Assembly: GCA_002269645.1 (NCBI GenBank)
Contig: NIVC01000366.1
Span: 558,001 to 622,000, forward strand
Direction: 5' to 3'
Source: Macrostomum lignano
Lineage: Eukaryota
Length of the DNA stretch: 64,000 nt
Positions 1-10,721 of this stretch are shown piece after piece (position 1 is the first letter of the stretch; every line of letters begins with the position of its first letter). A program made the position numbers and the translations under genes. The notes under the pieces are model-generated. The model was not told where the DNA came from. It ran no database searches and worked only from the letters and a program-made list of their open reading frames with translations.

Positions 1-635
1 AGTGCATGTGGCGCCAATATAAGTGTCTGCGGTGCTAATGAGTACTAACAACACCAATTCCAAAATTAGTATTTTAGATTTTGGATTCTCGATTTCGTTC
101 CCCCATCACCATGCATCCATAAAATGAATGTTGCTCGCCTGTGTACGGCTAAATGAGGCACAAGGAAATATTCCGTTTTCCGGTTCACACAGGAAAGTTT
201 CCCTAGTAGGAGTCCTTGTCCTTGCACTTTGCTCGTATAATGTTCTTGTAATTGAGTTGGACTGGCGCCAGGCTTCAACCCCAGGCCTCTGCTACCAGAC
301 ACATTGCCCTAAAAAAACTTGGTAGAATGGTAGAAGGGTGTAAGGTTTCCCGTTCCCATCACCTTTTCCAACAAACAAAGACTCATGTTTCAGTACGGAA
401 AGATACATATGATATAAGCCTACGGGTTTTCCGGTTTTCTTATCTATAATTTCGTTTCATCTGCACTTCTGCACTCTAAAATACGAGTACCATGGAAAAC
501 TGTGTACTAGGGCTTGTCTTGAAATTCAGTCGATTTTTATGCTGCAAGTTGCAACTGATTAACTAAGCAGACTGTTGCGAAGGGGCATTGTGGACACGCG
601 GTAAGAGGGACACTTAAGGCAACAAGAAAACCAAC

Positions 636-665
636 AGACACACAGACAGAGGCTGACAGTCAGTC

Positions 666-706
<41 letters not shown>

Positions 707-815
707 CAGGCAGACAGACAGACAGACACAGGCCGACAGACAGACACAGGCCGACAGACAGACAGAACATCAGAAAGACAGACAGACAAACACCAGAAAG
801 ACAGACAGACACAGG
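636..815. repeat. (CAGA)n microsatellite, degenerate
   Basis: Visible cagacagacaga tract with acagg variants; explains ORF 660..854. Confidence 0.9.
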
Positions 816-1365
816 CAAACGGTGATAAAAGGGCAGTTCAACACAGAAGAGCATTCATTAATTGAATACAAAACCGGACTCCAAACTACATTGCGGAATA
901 TGAATTCAGCCGTTTTTAGTTCAAAGTTCAATCTAGGTTCAATTGAAACAGCTTAGACTCTAGACTCTAGAGGCTAGAGCACCCGAGTACCTGAATATAG
1001 CAACCCCAGAGGCTAAATTGCTTTGTTCTGCACAAAGAACAGAATGGCAGGCCAGGCCAGCGTGCAAGGCGTTTAGTGTCCATGGTTCAGGCCGTGGGGT
1101 TCTATTATGCACGGACTGAGTGATCAAAGAGGCGCCGCCGCAGCCACCAACAGCCTTTGTTTCTTATACGGTATAAGAAAATTTCTCGAAGGGGATTTAA
1201 TTGTAATGGTTTAATTTCCCGGAAAAAGGCGTTATATCGTACATTTGTCTATACAGAACAGGTTGTGAGATGCCATCCTCAACCCTCATGGCACCCCTCT
1301 GCTAACTACTCGTAATAATGATTATGCCTTTGTATAAGCAACTCCTGAGCAGTCGATTCCATAAA

Positions 1366-1920
1366 AGGCGATTTTCTAAGATGCAGTTCCTTTTGAGGCG
1401 ATCTTCTAAGATGCAGGTCCTAAAGAGGCGATCTTCTAAGATGCAGGTCCTAAAGAGGCGATTTTCTAAGATGCAGTTCCTTATGAGGCGATCTTCTAAG
1501 ATGCAGGTACTAAAGAGGCGATCTTCTAAGATGCAGGTCCTAAAGAGGCGATCTTCTAAGATGCAGGTCCTAAAGAGGCGATCTTCGTAGATGCAGTTCC
1601 TTAAGAGGCGATCTTCTTAGATGCAGTTCCTTAAGAGGCGATCTTCTTAGATGCAGTTCCTGCAGAGGCGATTTTCTAAGATTCAGTTCCTTAATAGGCG
1701 ATCTTCTAAGATGCAGTTCCTTAAGAGGCGATCTTCTTAGATGCAGTTCCTTAAGAGGCGATCTTCTAAGATGCAGTTCCTAAAGAGGCGATCTTCTAAG
1801 ATGCAGTTCCTTAAGAGGCGATCTTCTAAGATGCAGTTCCTTAAGAGGCGATCTTCTAAGATGCAGGTACTAAAGAGGCGATCTTCTAAGATGCAGTTCA
1901 TAAAAAGCGACTTTTTAAGA
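1366..1920. repeat. 30-bp minisatellite (GAGGCGATCTTCTAAGATGCAGTTCCTTAA), about 18 copies
   Basis: Unit recurs every 30 nt; translates as RRSSKMQFLK repeats. Confidence 0.95.
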
Positions 1921-2861
1921 TGGGATAAAAAGTTTCTTAAAATAATAAGAGCTGCCTTGTCATAGAAGATTATCTTTGTTGAAAAGAAACAGATTGAGCA
2001 GATTGAATTAAACGTATAAAAGTACCAAAATAACAACAAGAAATGACAGAAAAATTAATTTCACGTCGATAGTAAGCTTGCCAGATAAAAACTGATAGCA
2101 ACTGCATATTTATTTCGAATCGAATTATTGACTTGGATATTAAAGCATTGATTAATATAATATTTATTGTTATAATAATAGCCGGATAATAAGGGTAGTA
2201 ACAGGTAAAGATTAGCATTTTAATTAAGAACTTGAAACAATTGAAAAAAAGCAGGCATACGAGTATAATGACTGTAATTAACACACGAAAGCTAGATAGT
2301 CTACTGAGAAAAGATTGACCAGTAGTAGAGATACAATATAAATGTTTTTTTTCATAGGGGATATTTGCACAAAAATTAGATAAACTGACAGACTGAATAA
2401 ATTAAAAACTTTTTAAAAAGCTGATTTCACGCGGATTGCACCCAGTTAACCGAGAGAGACAACAATAAAAAAGTTTAACGATCTGTAATCAATATAATGA
2501 ACTGATTAAAAAATTGAGATAAAACTCTTTTTGAAAATAATAGACATATTTTAACACAGCAAGTTCGACATTTAAGTTAAAATTGGACAAGTCTCAACCG
2601 CTGTCTCCAATAAAACTCAATTCTGATTTCCAGTGCCGGGCCTTGTCTGCAAATTTTGCAAGAATAAAATGAGTCGCCAAAATTAAAATTTATGTCCAAT
2701 TTCGGTCATGACTCACTGCCTACTCCCTGTCTACCCCAATTCCATGTATATCCACATTGATCCCCTATCAACCCCCATTGACTCCCCCTACAACCCCCAG
2801 CCTACTACCCCATCGACTTCCGTGGCTACTAGTATTATCCCCATCGAACTCGAACTCCTGA

Positions 2862-3152
2862 CCATCACAATGACCTCAACTAAACATCACAATGACCATC
2901 ACTGACCATCACAATGACCTCAACCGACTGTTACTGACCATCACTGACCTCAAATGACTGTCACTGACCTCAACTGACCATCACTGACCATCACTGACTG
3001 TCACTGACCATCACTGACCTGACCATCACTGACCATCACTGACCTGACCTCAACTGACCATCACTGACCACCACTGACCATCACTGACCTCAACTGACCA
3101 TCACTGACCTCAACTGACCATCACTGACCTCAACTGACCATCAGTGACCATC
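2862..3152. repeat. 10-bp minisatellite (CTGACCATCA / CTGACCTCAA)
   Basis: Direct tandem units just downstream of the LITAF stop codon. Confidence 0.9.
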
Positions 3153-3229
3153 AATAAACATCATATTTCTCCAATAAATGACTCACATGTGGCGCAGAAA
3201 CCCTCAAACTCGACGCGTGCTGAAGCTGC

Positions 3230-4350
3230 TCAAACTCTGGAAAATTTGCCCAATTTGTGATTGCAATTAGGGCAGGTATGAACAACATCTTTGCAGCTAT
3301 CCAAGCAGAACGGTATCAGACAGCAGCCAGATCGCAGCCAATCAGGCAGATGCCAACGCAAGCCAAATAGGTCAGCAGACCGTCTTGAAACCTGATGCAA
3401 GTAATGATCTGCTGGTTGCAGAACTGGCAGACTGTGTTCACCGGTACGTCTCTAAAGTTTTGATTGGTCATCACCACGACAGTGGTTGGCTGGGCAGTCA
3501 CCACGGGCGCGTAGCCGCCTCCGGGTGCATGAGACGTAGGCGGATACCCCGGCTGCGCTTGGTAACCGCTCGAGACAGCGTACTGCTGACCCTGAATAGA
3601 GAGAGTGCGGAGATTTGTGCTTATGCTTAACTAGATAGCTAGACATCAATCAGTCACTGGCTATTTAGAAATAATCAGTCAGTGAGCCAATGAGTGAGCG
3701 AGTCTGTCAGTCAGTGAGCCAGTGAGTGAGCGAGTCTGTCAGTCAGTGAGCCAGTGAGTGAGCGAGTCTGTCAGTCAGTGAGCCAGTGAGTGAGCGAGTC
3801 TGTCAGTCAGTGAGTCAGTGAGTGAGTGAGCGAGTCTGTCAGTCAGTGAGTCAGTGAGTGAGTCGGTGAGGCAGTGAGTCAATGAGTTAGTCGGTGAGTC
3901 AGTGAGTCAATGAGTCAATGAGTGAGTCAGTGAGTCAATGAGTGAGTCAGTGAGTCAATGAGTGAGTCAGTGAGTAGTTACTAGTTAGTGAGTCAGTGAG
4001 TAGTTACTAGTTAGTGAGTCAGTGAGTCAGTGAGTGAGTCAGTGAGTCAGTGAGTGAGTCAGTGAGTCAGTGAGTAGTTAGTGAGTCAATGAGTCAGTGA
4101 GTGAGTCAGCGAGTGAGTCAGTGAGTCATACTCATTCACTTTGTTCCGCTGATCCCTGAACACGCACGCTTACCTGAGGTGGATACGACCCGCCCTGAGG
4201 TGGATACGACCCGCCCTGAGGTGGATACGACCCGCCCTGAGGTGGATACGACCCACCCTGCGGTGGATACGGCATAGCCTGCCCTGGCGGGCCCTGCTTC
4301 TCACTATCACCAGCAACAGCTGTGTAAGGTGGCGGCGGCGGTTCAGACAT
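3230..4350 (-). CDS. LITAF: LITAF/CDIP1-family protein, 2 coding exons (4350..4174, 3591..3230), with a 1-nt frameshift near 3327
   Basis: Pro-rich N-terminus with PPPY and GGSYPPQ repeats. Donor CAG|GTAAGC at 4174/4173, acceptor TTCAG|G at 3592/3591, both phase 0. LITAF domain: CQFC, hydrophobic LLTYLACVGICLIG, then (after restoring one G) CDLGCCLIPFCLDSCKDVVHTCPNCNHKLGKFSRV*. Exon 2 is 362 nt, one short of frame. Confidence 0.88.
3677..4128. repeat. (GAGT/CAGT)n degenerate microsatellite filling the LITAF intron
   Basis: Visible gtcagtgagtgagtc tract. Confidence 0.9.
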
Positions 4351-7104
4351 ATTGATTAGTAAGAAATTTTTCACTGAAATTCAAATAAGTTAAACAATTA
4401 TATTATAGTACTATGCCAATAATGATAACCTTATTTAGTTTATAGCGATATATGCATATATATTATATAACATATAAATTCTAAAGTTTAGTCTATTTTT
4501 TATCTTTGACATTATTTTCTAAAATGAAATAACAGAACAACAAACCAATTTTGCAGGACTTTTTAAACTTAACTTAAAATGGTAGTTACTATGTTGTATG
4601 CGCCATATTTGATGCCAAAATGACTGCCAATTGGGCTGTATCTGAGAGTGCAATAGTTTTAAACAAATTTTTAATTATTGTTGTATATGTATATGCTTAC
4701 AAGTTATCATCAAACTTAGATACTTTATTGTATTCTGCCATTGTGGAGTCTGGCTCTGAATGAAGAAGACAATTTATGTGGGTGTGTGTGTGTGCAGTGT
4801 GAGCCTCGCAAGCCAGCTCGATCTTAGTTCATAGTTGCTTGCAGAGGCCCTATGCCTAGACTGTTTTAGCGGCTTGCAAAATTTTAGCTTGCAAGTTTTT
4901 TACTTTATGCACTGAATATATTTATAAGCAAGTCTAGTTCTAGTAGGCCTAGGAATTAGTATAGTTACTAAACCTACAATAATAGCTTAAGAGTAAGAGT
5001 ACCTATATGCAATGTTTTTATAACAAATATACTTTATTTAAAAAAGAACAACACAAAAAGTTGGCTAATGCCACTTGTGAGTATTTGCAACTTTGGGCTT
5101 ATGAAATAAAGTGAAAACAATATGAAAATGAAAACTTCACTACACAGCTATATGAAAATATAATAGAATAACATGTTGTGCATGTTGAATTAAAGAATGG
5201 TAGTCTTCACTGTCCCAGATCAAATACAATCACTGATTTTGTGACGAAAAACTGATTTTTTTCCTATCTTCGCAGTGTATTTTTTCCAGGAAATCGTGGC
5301 CTTCAAAAAATTGCATGATCTTTGAGTTTTACATCCTGTTAGTCTAGAAGTCCTTGCCTTTAACATCTTCAGCCCGCCTTGAACTGTTTGATCTATCTGT
5401 AAACTGTTTGTCAACTGATGGAATTAGGACTGTGAATGTGGGTCAGGTTTTTGCAAATTTCAGGGCATTTCTGACCAAGACTCCAAAGTGTAAAAGTTGC
5501 ATGTCTCCGCCCTTCTGTAGAGTGAATGTTAGGGTCCATGACTGGAACAAATCTTATAGCTACTGTCTTGCAACTCTGCTTGATCAGCTCTACTTGTGGC
5601 TTTTTTCTGAATGAGCATAGAAGCACTATGCGGTGTATATTTCTATGGCCAAGGGTATGCAAACAAATGCATGTTGCTTATAGAAGGAAGCACTTATAAA
5701 GATTGGACTTGCATGGCATGAAAGCTAAAATAAGCCACTAACTTTTAAGGCATACAATTTTTTTATCATATATTAATACTTGTAGAAGCAACCAAAAGTG
5801 ACACTACTTCTGGGACACCCCTTGTATATGCTATTGACTAGAATTAATATATATTAAAAATTAAGACAGCTTATATTAAGAAGGTTCATGCATATATACT
5901 ATCATATACATATAAGATAATGAAGGCAAATAGTTTAATTGCTAAATTCCAAGGTGCCAAGGTATAAGACCAAGACTAGCTCACACCAAAAGGTCCAAGA
6001 CTGCCACATTTGGGGGAGCTAAGGGGAGGAATTTGGCTCAATGTGTGATTAGATAGTGCTAAAGAAGAGATAAGTGGATAGAAGAACCAGCAAGACAATG
6101 CTGCAAGAAAGGATCCTATGAGAGGAATAGCAATGCTAGAAGATTAGTAGCTCTCCTCAATAGTAGTAGCCAATGCAGTAATAGCTATGGCAGTCTTGGT
6201 GGGATGCATGAAAATTTGGCAATAAACAAATTTGGTGACAGAAATTTTGCATGGACAAATTTGGCAAAAATTTAGGCACATTTGGCAGCAAGTCTTTTTT
6301 AAGTCTGATTTATCAATCGCAACCAAGGCTTCAGATATAAGCCATTTGCTATCAGACCAACCAGTCACTAGTCAGATTGTCATATTCCATTTTGTCATAT
6401 TGGATAATGAAGTGACCAAAAGCAAAAGAGCTTTGAAAAAATAATTTGACAAAGTTACCAAATATTTAGTTATGCTAGATACTTTGTCATCAACCATGAC
6501 AACCAATCAATCTATGAGAGATTTGAGTTAGTATAAACTATTTTTGTTTTTATCAACTATAAGCTACGGCAAGTAGAACTGATCAATCGACATGTTTTTT
6601 TAATTGAGATGACAAAATGACTGGGATCATTAGGATTTCAAGTATATATGTTTAATTGCCATATTAATTCACTTGGAAGTTAGAACTAATATGATTGGTA
6701 GATGACAAAATGATTCTCTTCAGGTAGTGCATGCTAATTTAGATGACAAAGTGACCCTAGTTGAGGTGAGCACTAGACATTGGATGGGATTGAAATCTTT
6801 GAGTGGGATTGGGATTGGGAATAACTTTTTTTTGGGATCGGGATCAAGATTTGGGAATTGGGATCAGGTCTTTTAGTGTATTGTAGTTTGTAGGTCCATG
6901 TAAAATAAAACAAAATCATACATGTGCAACTGCTGGCCGAGCTGGCCGATCCGGCCACCGTAAATTGTGGTGGACCAGGGTAAGTTGCAAAATTGAGTTG
7001 ACCAAAAACGAAAAAATGCAAGAGGAAAGAGCAATATAGGGAAGTAAAATGGTGAAGCAAAAGAAAAACAAGTTGCAGCAGAAGCAAATTAAGTTGCACA
7101 AATG

Positions 7105-7595
7105 ATTAGGTAAGTCGCAAAAGGAGCAACTAAGTTGCAAAAAGGATTCGGTCAAGTCGCAAAAAGGATTAGGTAAGTCGCAAAAGGATTAGGTAAGTCG
7201 CAAAAGGGTTAGATAAGTCGCAAAAAGGATTAGGTAAGTCGCAAAAGGATTAGGTAAGTCGCAAAAAGATTAGGTAAGACGCAAAAGGAGCAACTAAGTC
7301 GCAAAAAGGATTAGGTCAAGTCGCAAAAGGATTAGGTAAGTCGCAAAAAGGGTTAGGTAAGTCGCAAAAGGGTTAGGTAAGTCGCAAAAGGATTAGGTAA
7401 GTCGCAAAAGGGTTAGGTAAGTCGCAAAAGGGTTAGGTAAGTCGCAAAAAGGATTAGGTCAAGTCGCAAAAGGGTTAGGTAAGTCGCAAAAAGGATTAGG
7501 TAAGTCGCAAAAGGATTAGGTCAAGTCGCAAAAGGATTAGGTAAGTCGCAAAAAGGATTAGGTAAGTCGCAAAAGGAGCAACTAAGTCGCAATAA
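7105..7595. repeat. 20-22-bp minisatellite (GTCGCAAAAGGATTAGGTAA) inside the hAT element
   Basis: About 23 tandem units; the AAGTCGC core recurs near the other terminus (9018-9051). Confidence 0.92.
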
Positions 7596-7844
7596 GAGGG
7601 AAGTAAGTCGCAATCAGAGGCAATCAGGGGGTAGTAGGTGCAAGTGTGGCAGGAGAGCAAAAAACAGAATAGAAGCCTTCAACCACAGACAAGATCTTTG
7701 AAATCAGCAGCCTATGTCAACAGTTTCCCATTGATTTCTTTAACTCCGGAGCAGGGGTCGGCAAAGTCCAGCTCGCGAAGCCCCTCTATCTGGCCCTCGC
7801 CCCTCGGGTTCTTTGAAACTTTCTAACTAGCAAGGTTGGTGTCT

Positions 7845-8500
7845 CTTCAACTCTCATCTCTCTCTTCTTCTCTACCTTGCCTCCCCTCTTCTCTCTCTCC
7901 CCTTTTCCCTCTTCTCTCTCCTTTCCTTTTTACTCTCCTCTCTTCTCCCCTCTCCTTTCTCCCCTTTTCTCTCTACCCTTTCTCCTCAATGCCCTCTTCT
8001 CTCCTCTTATCTTCAGCAAAAATGTGTGCATATTTTCTTACTTCAAAGTAGAGGGAATAGAAGATTGGAGATAAGCAAACAGAGGAGAGGCGAGCGATGC
8101 AATGGGAGAAAAGATAGAAGATGAGAGAAAAGCTGAGGGAGGAGAGAGATGAGAGAGATGAGAGGAAAGAGGAAAGATATGATGATGGATGAGATCAGAA
8201 AAGAGAGGAAAGAGGAAAGAGGAGAGAAGAAAGGAGATAAGAGAGTAGACGAGAGAAGAGAGGATAAGAGGAGATAAGAGGAGAGAGAGGAGAGATAAGA
8301 GAGTAGAGAAGAGAGGAGAGATGAGATGAGAGAGTTGAGTGAAGTGGAGAGAGACGAGAGGAGAGATAAGAATGTAGACAGGAGACAGAAGAGATAAGAG
8401 AGGAGGAAAGAGAGGAGAGAGGAGAGGAAAGAGAGAAGGGATGAGGGATGAGAGAGAAAAGAAAAAGAGGATGAGAAGATTGAGGAAAGGAGAGAATTTG
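7845..8500. repeat. CT-rich tract (7845-8035) followed by GA-rich tract (8050-8500)
   Basis: Polypyrimidine then polypurine low complexity; explains the Ser/Leu-rich ORFs. Confidence 0.9.
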
Positions 8501-9351
8501 CAAAGGCCTCAAATCTTAATTTAACATGCATTTACTCCCATCCTTGTTTGCCTTTTTCCTAACTGTTAACAAGTTTTTGTTTGAGCATGACTTCAAATTT
8601 AAGAATCTATGCAAAATAGTTCCGGGAATTGGAATTCAGTGGTTTCAAAATCTGTGGGTTTTCACAGCTTGTATCTCTACTGGATTTGTATTCTGCATCT
8701 GATGAGCCATCTGAATCAGGGCTCTCATCTTCCATGCCAAATCGTCTAGCAAGTGAAATTATTCTTGAGCTATAGGCCACACTGTATTCAATTCACTTAC
8801 TTCTAGACATTCATGAATCATGACTTTTGTCTTTACATGTCTTTACTCATTGTCATCATTACTAATTGCCTCAGGCCGACACTATGATATACTGATTAGC
8901 TGTAATAAAAACCGCGAAATCTGCACTAATTAGCTGGCGAGGCATTTAGCCTTTAAAATATGGTCATAGTTACTCCTGCCGTTTACCCACAATTCTTTGT
9001 TTAGCTTTCTTACATAGGTAAGTCGCATTTTTGATCGAAAACTAAGTCGCACGGCCAGCGTAATTTCAGAAGTTGCGCATGTATGAACAAAATTGAGCAA
9101 AAAATGTCAAGATCAAAAGTAAAACACAACAAAATTAATGCAAAGTTTTGTAACAAACAAAGTGATAATATAGGCCTAATGAATATAAGCCCTATAGGAA
9201 AAAGTTGTAAAACCGCGGATGGTGTCTGGCACACTTTTGAAATTTTTCTAAAGCGCAGCACGCGCACAGGCACAGCACCTGCGCGTTCGCTGCCCTTTCT
9301 TACTGGCTGCTGCTCTAGCAAATACATATACATGGAAATGGGGGGTCTATG

Positions 9352-9745
9352 AAATTTGCTTGCGAGAAGTTTGCTTGCCAAAGTTTGCTTGTGGGACTTT
9401 TGCTTGCGGAATTTTGCTTGCCAAAGTTTGCTTGCCGAAGTTTGCTTGCAGAATTTTGCTTGCCGAGGTTTGCTTGCGGAATTTTGCTTGTGGAATTTTG
9501 CTTGCCAAAGTTTGCTTGCCGAAGTTTGCTTGCGGAATTTTGCTTGCTGAAGTTTGCTTGCCGAGCTTTGCTTGTTGAACTTTGCTTGCCGAAGTTTGCT
9601 TGCCAAGCTTTGCTTGTCAAACTTTGCTTGCCAAAGTTGGCTTGCCGAATTTTGCTTGCAGGAAATTTGCTTGCTGCACATAAGCTTGCCGAAGTTTGCT
9701 TGCGGAATTTTGCCTGCCGAACTTTGCTTGCCGAATTTTGCTTTA
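9352..9745. repeat. About 14-bp minisatellite (GAAGTTTGCTTGCC and variants)
   Basis: TTTGCTTG core repeated about 27 times. Confidence 0.92.
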
Positions 9746-10721
9746 ATTTCGATTTTATAATAATTTGTATAATAATGTAACACTCGTTATCTCCATGGAA
9801 CTTTGGGTTCTATTTTAGCTTTCGTTCCTTGGTGACAAGTACACTACTACTAGTACTCGTGCAAATCCGCTAGTCCAAGTTTGTTTACATTTTTATACAA
9901 TTAATATTAGTATATGCATTCATTAGCATCACTACAATTATCATCCTGCTCAGTGCTGAAATCAGAAACTAAAAAGATTTATACTATTACTGATCCCTAA
10001 CTACCTATATTGAATCTCTAATCATTATACATGTCGTATATACTAATTGTTAGAATGAAACTCAGTGGCGCGTCCAAGGGGGGGGCCAGGGGGGGCCTGG
10101 GCCCCCCCCCCTGTTAGGCCACAGGCCCCCCCACTTTCAGTTCTGACTTCTGAATGTCGAATTTTTCAAAAAAAGTTGAAAAACCTTTTTTTTTATAATT
10201 TTAATTTTAGAAACAATACTACTTACTATACTAGAAGTTTTTACACGAGCATAACTTTACATGGGTACATTATTCTTTACTTTCTGATCTGATAGTATGG
10301 CAAATTTTGTTTCGTTTGTTTTTATAGTATCTGTCGGTGTTTTGGTTTTGTCTAACTTTAATTATAAAGTACATCACCTCTCAGACTTTATTGTTTTTAT
10401 CTAACTGTTCAGTCTATATGGCTATATCCTTCCAACCCCCCAACCCCTCCCCCACGTGTATAGCCTAACACTTGCACTGGGACAGGGAAAGGAGAGATAG
10501 GACAGACAGAAAGGGAAGGGAGAAGCGCGCTGATAAATGTACATTTGGACAGGGACAAAGAGTTAAACCATCGTACATTCAGACAGTGTGTAAAAGACTA
10601 CAGAGCATTGCCCCTCTGCCCCTTAAGATTTAAGTCACACTAGCTACTGCTGTCTTAAGTCTTAAGGTTCAAAAAAACTGAAATGTATTTCAAGAATTGA
10701 ATTAAAGAAGCCTGGCCAACA

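Larger units (their letters stand above)
6917..9085. mobile_element. Non-autonomous hAT-type DNA transposon (2169 bp)
   Basis: Imperfect TIRs CATACATGTGCAACTGCTG (6917) and the reverse complement of CAGAAGTTGCGCATGTATG (ending 9085). Identical 8-bp flanks AACAAAAT at 6909-6916 and 9086-9093; 8-bp TSDs and CA termini are typical of hAT. Confidence 0.8.

Noticed and set aside
66-470. Short ORFs at the window start
   Set aside because: No recognisable motif or convincing exon structure.
5200-5660. Coding-like decayed stretch with YKICSSH (THAP-like)
   Set aside because: Stops in all frames and the other THAP residues were not found.
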